From Oopsacas minuta (Eukaryota; Animalia; Porifera): a stretch of DNA of 64,000 bases. Below the pieces are notes generated by a model. It did no database searches. It had not been told where the DNA came from and saw only the letters and a list, made by a program, of their open reading frames with translations. Location: the NCBI GenBank assembly GCA_024704765.1, contig JAKMXF010000298.1:62001-126000 (forward strand), written 5' to 3'. Of this stretch, positions 10,145-22,040 are shown piece by piece; within the stretch, counting starts at the first letter, position 1, and each line of letters starts with the position of its first letter. A program made the position numbers and the translations under genes.

Positions 10145-13100
10145 TTATTTATTGAAAAAGCTTGAAGTTTCATTAAATTTGCTGCATAAGAAAAAGTTGC
10201 AGTGCTGACAGACTAAGAATTTCTTTCCTAGGCTGTTCGACTTCTTCTGTGTTGTAGGAACATCTACAGTCCGTGAACAACCGAAAAAGCTATCTGGTAC
10301 TATCTTAGTTGTCTTACATTTGGAGCAGATTTTAGTTTTACAAAGCTTACAGTTAGAGCCCCACTTTTTCCAGCTAAAACTTGTATAACAAATGTAACAT
10401 ATTTTACCTAACATTGTGTCTTCATACAAACTAGGGTGTATGTAGGCTAGTTCAGCTAGTTGACTCTGCACCCAGTCGTGTCTTAAGCAAGATAACTCTT
10501 GTAGTTGTGACACTCCTGAGTTATAAAGGGGAGATCGCATTCTGTTAGATTTAGAATCAGTAAAAGTACTGGTAGATGGTCGTTTTAGATGTTGGTGATG
10601 TTGTTTTCTATTCTGTCTGCCTTCTTTGGAACCAAGGGAGCGACTGGACCCCCTGGGGTAATAGGAAGAGGATATGAATGGAGACATGTCTCTAAGATAA
10701 GGATCTCCGTAGATACTCTGATACTCAGAGCCTTCTCCATAAGATGATTCATCACAATTAAGTATCACAGTCTCTCTAGATGATAAAATACACGTATAAG
10801 TATATACTCAGTAGTTATAATAAAGATCTAACAAACCTTGAGGTGGAACGTGTACACCCTCTAGAAGATTGTAGGTCCAGAAGATCAGCTGATGAGCTCC
10901 TGGGGTAATATGTCTCTCGATCATTCGTGAGGTCGTCAAGAGAGCAGTAGCTTTCACCATGATAGTTTACAGGACTAGGCCATTGAGACATGGAATTCCT
11001 ACCTGAATCAGTACTTTGTGAGGAATTAGAATCTCTATCCATTTCTTTTTGAATAGGAACTCTATGTATTTTTAACTTTTCATAAGGTAGAGATACAGAT
11101 CTCCCGTGTACTATAGCTTGCCTCTCTGTACCCTCTATATCATACTCATCTAAACACTCTGTCTTAGGGGGATAGTAACGTTTAAGCGGGTAGTATCTCT
11201 TTAGGGTTTTAATCTTATGGAGATCTATCGTGTATCTATAGAGACAAATTGGATAAGATAATGTATTAGAAATGAATAAATAAATAAATAGTATTATTTA
11301 CCTTCTCTTAAATTCAGGAGGTACTTCTCTGAGCGGAGGAGCTTGGTGTATTTCATCCATTAACATCTCATGAGGTGTACTAGCCCTTGTTGCAGGATCA
11401 GGTTCATTTATAACTCTATCTTTCATAGGTTTTAATGTGTATCTCTTATGTTTAATACTTTCTAGTGTGTCTCTGAAGGGATCTGGCTTGCTGTCTAGTC
11501 TCTGATGTGAGTTAGTCTTAATGTGACGCATATTCTGTTTGTCATAACCCCTTATTTGAGTTTGTAGGATTTGTAAGTCAGTTACTTCTGTGATATTCTC
11601 AAGATCACTTTTTTCAGCATCTAAGAATGTACTAGCGTTCTTCAAATCGTATTCACGTGAGTCAATCGACTGTATTATTTGATCCCATGACCTCAATCTC
11701 TCATTGAAATTAAAGTTGTCTAGGTTAAGATTACAGCTGTAATACTCATCTACCATTTCTTTACACACCTGTGCGTAGTGAGAGTGTAGAGTATCTCCAG
11801 AATGTTCCTATACACAGAATTGCATCAATAATTATCATAAATAAACGTATGATGTATTGAGATAGAACATACCTTTCTCTCGAAGTAGTGCGATCTACAT
11901 CTGTATATGACGTCATTCAGGCCGAAGATATGATTTGGTGTTTTAACAGAGTGTCTAGGACTAATGATAGATTGAGTGGGAGTAGTGGTGACATCATCCA
12001 GAGCTTTTGTTCTAAAGTCAAAAAGCATATCTTGTGTATCTCCATCTCCGAAAATGGGAGAGCCTAGAGTAATGCAAAAATATGATTATACAGTGATATT
12101 AATAAAACCTGTACGTTACTGAGTAGTCTGACAAGCAATTAAGGGAAGTACTGTGAAATTAAGTACAATTAATGTCCTCCCTTGTAAATAATCTGAGTAG
12201 ATTACAGATATCTCTGATGATAATATAGTAAAAATACACTCCCTGTAATTTAACTACCTTGTGTAATTAAAATAAAACATATAAGCAATACAATAACTAT
12301 ATTAACTAAGGGAGAACCACGCCTACTCACATCTAATATGTGGCCATTGTAAGTTCAAAGACTGTGATAATAATTAGAGTATAAATTTCCATAGAAAAGC
12401 AATTATGAAAGTTAAACATTTGTTAATAGAGATGTGAGTAATACGTATTAATCAATGCACAATCAAATAACATGTAACATAACTAAGAGTTTGTAAAAGC
12501 TATAATCTATGCAAATATTCTATTGAATTTTGGAATGTATCAGTGTAAGAAAAGAATGTTTAAGAGGATATTTATATTAATTTTAATATATTAAACTCAC
12601 CAATAGAAGGTGTTTCATCGCCTGAATCCAACATAACTTCAATTAAATCAGATAGTTGAGGTGATAACTCTCTCTCTTCAGAATCCTCAAGTCTGTAATC
12701 TAATGCATTATAGAGCATGACAGCTAGAGGCCCTATCAAATCGTATTCAGTCGCATTGCTAGCTAGACTATTAGTGCTTGACCAGTCGGAATCACTATCA
12801 GTTGTACTGGAAGTGCTAAAATAGCGCAAATTATAAATAAAATTCACACAAATGGCAATAATAAACACTTACGTTGCTCCACTGTTACTAGTTGAAAACC
12901 TTGAAGAAATAACTTTTTTATCAAACTTCAACTCTCCAGATCTATTCAACAACACAGCTTCCATTGGTAGCTCATCACTGTCTTCAACATATCTATCAGC
13001 CTTCTGAATATTATCTGGTGTGTAAATCCATGGTCCAGGTAACGACTTCAATTCAGAAGCTGCGTTGTAACAAATTCCCCAAGCTTGCTCTTCAGTGATA

Positions 13101-13150
13101 GGACATGAGAATCTCTCAAGAATTAAGTTTAATCTGATGCTACTACTCAT
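10145..13150 (-). CDS. SPIRE: Spire actin nucleator, multi-exon (KIND, WH2 repeats, Spir-box/modified FYVE)
   Basis: KIND start LILERFSCPITEEQAWGICY, HYAQVCKEMVDE; WH2-like TLESIKHKRYTLKP and PHEMLMDEIHQAPPLREV; C-terminal CYICYTSF...CKLCKTKICSKC zinc finger; GT-AG introns (e.g. donors at 12872, 12600). Confidence 0.9.
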
Positions 13151-14567
13151 AGTATATATGATAATGACACAATAGAAATGAATATATTTCTATACAACTA
13201 AGAGTTGCTTCTATTTATAAAATACTGAATCACTGGCTTAGCTATGTGCTATGTACCAGGGCTGAAGGATAGTATATTCAAGGTTGAACTTATATTTTCA
13301 AAAAAGTGTTGCATTCCTTTTCAATATTTATAAATTACAAATTTGGAGCTCGATCTTTGTAATGCACTGTGCTTGTATATATTAAATAATTAATAATGGA
13401 GGTTTAATCCCTAAATATGCCAATATAGTTGACATATTCCTGAGTAATTAAAGTATCATAAAATTACGTTTGGACTAACATACACCGGCTTTACATCCGT
13501 GATAATTCGCGAACTATTACTCAATTACATTAGCTGTAATTATTTGCTCAGAAATAAGAATAATTTGGTAAAATCGAACAATTATTACCATCAAAATAAC
13601 TTTATGAAAATTTACATGATAGCACTTCCCTAAATGAGAGGCTAAGCCTTGAAGTTATATCATATGTACATGTGGGAGAAGTTCAATACATTCCTAATAA
13701 GTAGCAAGGCAAATTGTCTCCACAGTATATTACCATTTGAAATCATTCATTACATAGTATTGGTTTGTTATCAGTGTTTATGATAAAAGAATGTTAAATA
13801 TGCCTTACAACTGAAGGTTATAGATCATTGAGAAATATTGGAGAGATGGTACGGGAGTATAACGGAGGTAGAAGGGCGAGACATAAATGCAAGTACAATA
13901 TAATACAATATACATAAGAGAGGGAGGTTAAAGAGCAAAATATGAAATTATTTATTCTATGGAAGTAAGCACTGATTTCCATGGATATTTACTCCCATTG
14001 AAATAACTCTAACTCTCAACTTGGCTTTAAGGAATGTAAGTTCTGTGTGTATACCGGTGAGAAGGCTAGCTCTTATGAGAATAATAGTTTTCTAGAATTA
14101 TACCAGATTTAGCAGTAAAGACTTATAACCTTGAGTTATGATAACTTAAATCATTGAACCTAAGGTTACTTACAGTGAAGGACACCACATTCGATGTTGA
14201 CTTGAAACTGATTGGTAGATAAAGATAATCAAGAAGCACTAATATGGAATAGCATCAAAATGCTAGAATTGAATATAATGATCTTAGTAGAATTACTTTT
14301 ATGTTCATCGCAAGTTGTATTTCTTACAATAATAATGAAAATAATTGTATTACTTTCTGTAAGCAATTAATTTGTAACTTTCGAAAAGGATTACAAATAT
14401 GGAATCGAGCTGAAGTGAAGTTACAAGAACGCTAATAAAGTGGTAATACAATTTATAGGTAATCTGATCATATTACGGAGTATAAGACAAGTGCACCTGA
14501 AGGATGATTCAATAGAATTAATTTACAAAATATTGTTAACTGAAAAAGCTTAATTTGTGTTTTAGAA

Positions 14568-14760
14568 AACAGACTAATAGTTATGAACAGACTAATAGTT
14601 ATGAACAGACTATAGTTATGAACAGACTATAGTTATGAACAGACTATAGTTATGAACAGACTATAGTTATGAACAGACTATAGTTATGAACAGACTATAG
14701 TTATGAACAGACTATAGTTATGAACAGACTATAGTTATGATCAGACTATAGTTATGATCA
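14568..14760. repeat. 17-bp minisatellite (AACAGACTATAGTTATG) x about 11
   Basis: Two 18-bp variants (extra A), eight perfect 17-mers, one ATCAG variant and a partial unit, head to tail with no spacers. Confidence 0.97.
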
Positions 14761-14977
14761 TTTTACTGTACAACTTGCCAGCTGGGAGAATACGAATTTG
14801 TAAAATCGATAGGAATATTAAAATAACGAACACTTGAATTGATGTACTAATCCAATTGATATTAATAAAATAGTTGTGAAAACAGTGTTAAAAGCATGAA
14901 ATTTAGAAGATTGAAAACAAAAGCAATATATATAAAACAACGTAAAATAAACAGTACATAACTCACCAACTTAAAAA

Positions 14978-17900
14978 CTAACTATCCAGAAGACTATTCA
15001 AAGATTGATCTGCATAAAAATACATTTTTCTGACGTCAAAGTTCGGAGCCTCCCTACACTCCTCCATAAACTCTTCTATAGCTTCCTTCTGTAGAGATTG
15101 GCTTATACGGGGACCCATGTTAGCAATATGACCTATCAGGGTCATAGCACTGATCTGTATGGAAGGAGGGCATTGTTCTGCAATGCAAGGTAAGAAACAG
15201 ATCTCACATAATATCTTTGTGAATAGTTCAGCCTGTTGAAAGCAATACTCCAAAGCTGTAGAGTTTGATAACGAGTGAATAATAGAAGCAAATAAGTTCA
15301 GAATTGAGGCAAAAGCAGTTATTATTAGAGGGGAAATAGTCGATTGATTTGTGTGACAAACAAGTTTATTGAAACATAACACAACCACATTGATAGCAGA
15401 GCCAAATGCACTCTCAAAGGTTGAAGGAGTGTATATAACCCATCTCTGGAAAAAACTATAAAAGGCAATTAGATAATATTACTCCAGAGTATGGGTTTTG
15501 CTATAGAAATGGTGTTATCAATAATCATATAAAAATCATCATAAAAGTAGCCGAGTTCAAGGATTACCTCAAGCTAAACTTATCTGATATAAGTGTACAC
15601 GTAAGGGGAAATTAATAATTTTAACAGAGGCCTTATAAACTAATATTACAGAATTATAAGTTGAATAATTCATTGTTATAATGAGATATAACTCTAGATC
15701 TTTCTCGTCAATTCCGTGTACACTGTTACAGAATATTAATTGAGAACATTTACAAATTACTTTATAATAACAAGCATGCGTGAAAGTAAACAACAAAACA
15801 ATATCTGCTTATTTGTTAAATTTAATTGTAGTCAAAATGAGAGTTATGGTAGATAACATTGAAAATAAAGATATAATAATTGCTGAAGTTCCTTTCTGGT
15901 TACACTAAAGATAACAAAAGGTGGCATCCAGAAAGTTTAAGTTTACACACATGTAACGTATTTTCAGTTCAATATATTTAATATTAGACAATCTCAGACC
16001 ACAAATCAACATATACACTGTATAAAGTTAAGATCAAAATATGAACCACAAATCAATTGGATAAATTCCCATAAATAAGTATGTATTCAGTCATAGCGAA
16101 GTAATATCTCTTCATAAGCTCCTCTTTGCTCGGGATGGAATGTGTGTGCATGTTTAAGTATGCTATAAAATATCTTTACTACTTGTTTACGATTAGGACG
16201 GAGAGATGGGAATAAATCTTTTAGAAAGATAAACGGCCTTCTTGCTGTTTGTTTAAGTTCATTGAAGGTTTCCAGAATTTGCTCTGTTTGAAAACTATAA
16301 ATACTTCTTCTCTCAAAAGATTCGCTTCCATTCATCAACTGGAATGACTGATATGAGCTATCCTCTACCTCAGGTAGTTGGGGGCTGGGACAAGGAATAG
16401 GAGCATCAGGTACCAGGGATAAATCCTCTTCAATTTGCATTGGATTAACCTCAATATTTTCAAGTGAATAATCTGCCTGTAATCCGTTAACCGATAAATT
16501 TGAGGTATTACGTATAATAGATGTAGTATGGCTAGTAGATGATTCAAGTAATCGTGAAAAGTTAGTTGAAGATATCGTCTCATCTCTATGCGTATTCGGC
16601 AAAATTATGCTCTCTAGCTCACTCCACTCGGGGTTATGATACAAACTAGTTACATGTCTATTAGCTAGCAAATAGCTATCTAACCTGGTTACATGGTGAC
16701 GTAGTTGTTTCTTAGGCCATACAGAATTCGTAGTTTTTATAATATCAGTTTCTGAATCTAGGTTTTTCCTCAGCTGAGAATTATTCATAGAAGTTACATA
16801 ATCAATTGCTAGCTTGTTCTTCTTCTTTTGACGTTTAGGTGGTCGCTCTAATTCCTCATCAATAGCTCCTAATACACACTGGCTAAATGCCTGACGTACA
16901 TTCCTGTTGCTAGGCACAGGACTAGTCGCGGTATAATGCATTGGAGATATGTTCCCATTTGGTAAATCTATATCACTGTTAAACGAATCACGTACTTGAC
17001 CGAATGAATTATCAGCAAATGATAAGTTAAACGGACCACCTAGATCATCGTTCTCCCTTCGATCTAGCGTGAGATTATTCGTGTCTAACATAATGCTTCT
17101 ACTCGGAGGAAGAGCAATAGAATTATCAGATGCAGACTGCATTACGATAGAATCGACAGACACAATTGGGGAATTCTCGTAGGCAGTGTAACTAGAATAA
17201 GAGATGAGATTAAGGTTAGACAGCACACCAGTCAATAGTCGGTCTGTCTCAAAAGATTCCACTTCCCCCACACAGTTTGTAAGTATTAAATTGGAGCCTT
17301 TATTATTGGTGGAGTCTACAAGGTCAATACTGAAGCTGTGATGCTTTTTCAAGTCCTTATACATATCTTCTACTTCTACCAACAAGAACTTAGTCTGTCT
17401 CTTATAAATCCTAGCTATACCCAGCATCAAAATAGCAGCTAATCGCAGAGCCATTGGCTGGTTTGGTGCAACAACTTCTCTGCAAGCCATTTGGATATTG
17501 ACAGATAGAAGCTCTCGTTTGTTTAGGAAACTAGCAGTAGAATGGTTGAACCCGGCTGTACCAGCAATCCAAACTATCCCTAATCGCCCACGTTTCCCAC
17601 ATAGCAAATGAATTGGGTAAAACATTGTGATAATATAATCTTAATGGATTTTAAAGTGTCTTCTTATCAAATATATAGTGCCAAGATTAATATTAATCGT
17701 AGCAGAGGGAAATTCTTTATAATTAATTAAATAAGTTGGTAGATAACACGCGCTTAAGATGCAAAACTTGGTTACGCAATTCATTAAAAGCATTTTCTTA
17801 TGGAATTGAGTCTAGACATTATAACATAGTGAATAAAGCAAAAATGTAGAACATAGCCATAACAATAAAATCCAACATGTGTGATGTGGCTTGAGTAAGT

Positions 17901-20508
17901 AATGTATATTGCAAACAAATAAATGCAAAAAGTCTAAGCCAACTTATACAATTTACAGAGCAAACAAGCTAAAATCGTGTGCGTAATCACAGGTGTGTAT
18001 TTTACTAGAAATTATACCACACATACCACAAATATGCATCGGGCAAAATTCTGGCGTAAGAGAATACCACAGTGAGTACAGGTCTGAATTCCAGTAATCA
18101 TGTATAATTTCTCCGTGAAAGCGTAAGATAATTACTTAACGGATATTCAATTAAAATAGCTAGCTGATAAGATATGAAAACAATATGCTAGGTAAGATAC
18201 GAACCTGTTTATGGCGATAATAATCTCTGGGTTAGGTAGCACATTCTCTAATAACTGATTAATATCTCGAAAGATCTCCTCCATTATAGACTTAGCCTTC
18301 TCTTTAACATTCTCAATTACTATTATCAATAGCTCTAGAACAATACAAGGAACTGCTACATATGAATAATCAGTCATCTTCTGGGAGAATGAGAAAAGCA
18401 TGTCACACACGAAATTAAAGACCTTGTTCATGTTAGCCATTATATAATGATTCATTTGGTTGTATAAAGCAATTAGAAGTAGAAGCATCTCCTCCAAACA
18501 CATACAAATCGGTGGAGTGAATACAGGAGACAATTTAATTAGTTTGTGGATAAAATCAATCAGAGAAAATACAAAAATTCCCAAATCGTTTTTAAACTCA
18601 TCTTGATATTTACCAACACAGGTGTTTATTAGTAAACAATTCACAGAGACAATTGCACAAGATGTGTTCTTCTCATCACGAGAGAATAGTTTGAGAGTCT
18701 TCTGATCTTCATTCTGGAAATATTTACCCATAACTGTGACGATTTTGGTAATTAAATCTGGTATAAATGTGATACATTTGAATGGAGAATTTAATATTAA
18801 ACTCTGTATAGCATTACCAATACTGATAATGGTATTAGCTACGGTAGTATTGCAGAGAGAAGCGTATAGTTGATGGAGAAGTTGAGGGAACTGTTGACTA
18901 ACAATATCAGCATGAGTATGAGGATTTGATAGAAAATATGTTAAAGCTACACTCAATATTTTATCAATAGAAGGATCACAGCCTAAGCTATTCTTAATTG
19001 CTATGAGAATACTCTCAGTATTGTATTTGGATAAATTATGGACACATGCCTCCGTGGTTTTGTGAGAGATAAAATCTGTTTTGATTAAATTCGGATAATA
19101 GAGAAGAGCTGTGGAGATGAGAGAGGCTGCAGATTCCTTATGTCTATAAGACACATCAATAAATAATTATCACAGATAAATATTCAATCAATTCCTTATA
19201 TAGAAATGCTATCTTGTCATACAAGTTCGCAACACAAAATTAGGAATCACCAAATTTAGCATTTGTAATGTCAGACAAAATATACGTAACAACCTGAGTG
19301 ATTCACAATTTTGCATTATTTGTAAGCACCCGTGGTCCACTTAAATATTTAGCTAACAATCAAAGCACAAACCTAGTCATTTGAGGTTCTACAATAGTAC
19401 GTATTGCAAAAGAGAATAGATTCCTGAGAGCACTATCAAGATACTTATCAAGTTCTCCACAGTGTAAAGCACAAGACAGTGCTGTAAAGGCTATCCCTTT
19501 CAATTCACAATCAAAATCATAATCTGAAGTACAAGGATTTCCAATGAATGGCACTAGATAGCTAGCTGCATTAAATTTGTAAATTTTACAGAGATAGCTC
19601 AATATAAGAGTAGCAAGGTAAGCCTTTTGGGAATTGAACTCTTTTATAGCGATATTCTCAGAGCTATCATTATAAGATTTTGTCAAACAATTAGTACATT
19701 TCTCTACAATATTTTCTAAGAGAGGTTCTAGAATAACAATCTCTTTGATTGCAGAAGTTCCAACACCTTTCTCCATCTTGAATAAGATAACTTTACTAAA
19801 TTCTAAAACTAATTCAAATCCTTTAATAGAAATGATCAATTCTTCATTAGATTTCTACAACCAATAGATAAATAACAAACAAACCATGGATACGTACTTT
19901 ATAACTTACAGATTCTAACGGCAGCATGACTATATCATGAATCTCAGTGAAATATGGATCTAGTTGATCTGAGTATATAGCACAAACTTCAATCAAACAG
20001 TTCATAGCCTCCAAGCGTACATTGGGTTTCTAATTATTGGGATAATCAACTCAGAACCATGGATAAGAATACAAATCAAACTTACATTATCAACTCCAGC
20101 AGCAGAACACATTACCGCTAATAATATCTCTCTCTCTTTAGCACACTTAAAATTCTGTCCAGAATAAGGAATAACATTTCTCAAACCTTTCAATGCTTCT
20201 ACCATCAAGTCCGATTCTCCTGACTTTACGAATTGAGAGTAAATGGAAAGTAGTGCATTCACGTTGTTCTGTGTCTTAAACTAAACAACAATTAATAAGT
20301 ACACATAATAATAATTGTGTAGAATAAACAAACTCACGAGTGAGTCAGATCTAAGCTTAGCTAATCCACACAAAGTTTTCTTGCACTCTCCAAGATTAGG
20401 ATTCTCAAATATAGTCCTTAGATTCAGCTGCATGTCAAGCACCTCGCATAACGAGTAAATATGTTCATTAGGTACAAGAATAAACTTAGAAGATTGGTTT
20501 ATTGACAT
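14978..20508 (-). CDS. Divergent importin-beta (KPNB1)-like HEAT-repeat protein, multi-exon, apparently lacking the N-terminal IBN_N region
   Basis: NFKCAKEREILLAVMCSAA aligns with importin-beta NFDKESERHFIMQVVCEAT; KSNEELIISIKGFELVLEF with IDEVALQGIEFW; last exon ISAMTLIGHIANMG...YFYADQSLNSL with ACAAGLIGDLCTAFG...ATWATKELRKL. GT-AG introns can be threaded through; one large intron at about 15456-18204. Confidence 0.75.
16087..17625 (-). CDS. REC8: Rad21/Rec8-family kleisin, Rec8-like, intronless, nested in the importin-beta-like intron
   Basis: N-terminal MFYPIHLL...LGIVWIA...LRLAAILMLGIARIYKRQTKFL kleisin motif; C-terminal winged helix RKQVVKIFYSIL...EQRGAYEEILL. Divergence pattern is closer to Rec8 than to Rad21. 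Confidence 0.8.
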   Translation of the reverse strand: MFYPIHLLCGKRGRLGIVWIAGTAGFNHSTASFLNKRELLSVNIQMACREVVAPNQPMALRLAAILMLGIARIYKRQTKFLLVEVEDMYKDLKKHHSFSIDLVDSTNNKGSNLILTNCVGEVESFETDRLLTGVLSNLNLISYSSYTAYENSPIVSVDSIVMQSASDNSIALPPSRSIMLDTNNLTLDRRENDDLGGPFNLSFADNSFGQVRDSFNSDIDLPNGNISPMHYTATSPVPSNRNVRQAFSQCVLGAIDEELERPPKRQKKKNKLAIDYVTSMNNSQLRKNLDSETDIIKTTNSVWPKKQLRHHVTRLDSYLLANRHVTSLYHNPEWSELESIILPNTHRDETISSTNFSRLLESSTSHTTSIIRNTSNLSVNGLQADYSLENIEVNPMQIEEDLSLVPDAPIPCPSPQLPEVEDSSYQSFQLMNGSESFERRSIYSFQTEQILETFNELKQTARRPFIFLKDLFPSLRPNRKQVVKIFYSILKHAHTFHPEQRGAYEEILLRYD

Positions 20509-20569
20509 TCTTAGCTAATTAACAAATTCATAAAAAGTGATAAACATATAAATATATATTCTAATAAAT

Positions 20570-21958
20570 TTAATTAATACTCATGAACTTCCATTCTCCA
20601 CTACTTGTAGACTCTAATACTCCTTCTATACCATCTCTAGCTCCTCCCCAATTATCTGCATAACAGAATCTAGATCTATACTTCCAATCTTCATTTATAC
20701 CTTCACGATATATACTTTCATTTTCTTCACAGAATACACTGTTATCTTTTAACACATCTCCACTCATGACGTCATAAATAACAGGTCTATACGGTACACT
20801 TGGAAATGCAATCAATACTTGTTCGCTCTGAGTTATATAACCTTTGTATCCAATCATATTCAATCTTGTATTTGTGTTAGCTGGGTTATATAGCACACAT
20901 TTATTGTAAGTTCTTGTATCCCATAAAGCTAACTCTCCGTTCTGTTTCTGTACTAGAATATACACATCGTTAAGTATAGGTTTAATCCAAACTAACGGAG
21001 ATTTTAGTTGTTTCTTAACTTTACCAAATAGCTCAGCTACTGGGGAACTAGGAAATGTTCTTAGATCCCAAATAAGACCTTTACCATTCCTAAGACCAGA
21101 TACGAGTAGAGGAGAATGTTTACAGAATCCTTGACACAATACTGTAACATTATTCGTAGAACAACTATATTGTTTTTCACGCTCTACATCATAGAAATGC
21201 TGTTTCGTTTCCCCACCTATTCCAAACTGTCCACAACTTGTAAACGGAGATGTGTTAGTGGTAATATTCCATGGACTCTCTTTCATTACATACGGTTTGC
21301 TAGATATCTGTATACCCCTGTCAGAATAGGGTAATGCACTTACAAATTCTGTTAATTTGTATGTTAGCAGAGTACTTGCATTTGAGTTAAAGGGTCCATC
21401 CCTTTGGAACCCAAATAGAGCCCAATGACTACCATTTACAGTAGCCCAGTCGCACCCTGTGTAGTTAGTATGATAAAATAAAAATTGTGTAATTTCGTCA
21501 AACTTCAAAGAATGTTTGTTTTTCTCATCAATAGTAACAAAATAAATTCTAAATTTGCTCTCCATTGGGTTGCTATACAAGTCAGAGAATTTCTTGATTA
21601 AATAATTTCCATCTTGACTAACACACAAATCTTCAAGGTTATCAAATTGAGTGGTTCTGCTCTTTTCTACAGAGAGAAGTTTTGGAATAGAATATTTCCA
21701 AGTGATTATTTCTAATCTACGAATATATTCTATTCCGCTAATCACACCTTGTTGTTGTGATTTTAAGAGATTTATAGTATTTACTCGTGGCTTTACAGAT
21801 TTAGGGAATTCTGTGTTTTCTGTTAAACTGGGGGTCTGTTTTGGTCTCTTACCTGCAGGGAGATTGGGATAGAGGGATCTATCAGTTTTGGGAGGAATCT
21901 TAAAATATCGTTTCTTTTCAGTATCGAAATAATATCCAGGAATATTTCTAGATGCCAT
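20570..21958 (-). CDS. DCAF4: DCAF4/WDR21-like WD40 CRL4 substrate receptor
   Basis: N-terminal IPGYYFDTEKKRYFKI motif; WD repeats with WDLR and WDTR (WDxR) motifs. Confidence 0.8.
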   Translation of the reverse strand: MASRNIPGYYFDTEKKRYFKIPPKTDRSLYPNLPAGKRPKQTPSLTENTEFPKSVKPRVNTINLLKSQQQGVISGIEYIRRLEIITWKYSIPKLLSVEKSRTTQFDNLEDLCVSQDGNYLIKKFSDLYSNPMESKFRIYFVTIDEKNKHSLKFDEITQFLFYHTNYTGCDWATVNGSHWALFGFQRDGPFNSNASTLLTYKLTEFVSALPYSDRGIQISSKPYVMKESPWNITTNTSPFTSCGQFGIGGETKQHFYDVEREKQYSCSTNNVTVLCQGFCKHSPLLVSGLRNGKGLIWDLRTFPSSPVAELFGKVKKQLKSPLVWIKPILNDVYILVQKQNGELALWDTRTYNKCVLYNPANTNTRLNMIGYKGYITQSEQVLIAFPSVPYRPVIYDVMSGDVLKDNSVFCEENESIYREGINEDWKYRSRFCYADNWGGARDGIEGVLESTSSGEWKFMSIN

Positions 21959-22040
21959 AAACTATAAAATTATCAATTCGTATCAAGTTAAGAGAATAAA
22001 TTTAGTGTTCATAAATATTAATATATACAAAAGTAGATAT

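Noticed and set aside
14568-14760. CRISPR array
   Set aside because: Units are directly adjacent with no unique spacers, the context is eukaryotic, and no cas genes are present.
15805-15905. Exon-like CN + hydrophobic tail (GPI-signal-like) in the importin intron
   Set aside because: No upstream exons or start codon could be linked to it.
18110-18200. Possible U12-type (GTATCTT / ATATCC...AC) intron in the importin-like gene
   Set aside because: Poor match to the U12 donor and branch consensus; a canonical phase-2 GT-AG junction to 15455 gives a gap-free alignment.
19360-19362. TGA apparently aligned with a conserved importin-beta Trp (readthrough or recoding)
   Set aside because: A canonical AG|GTTTGT...CTCAG|G intron removes it and gives a better alignment (EPQMTRLLRIFCLTLQMLNLVIP).
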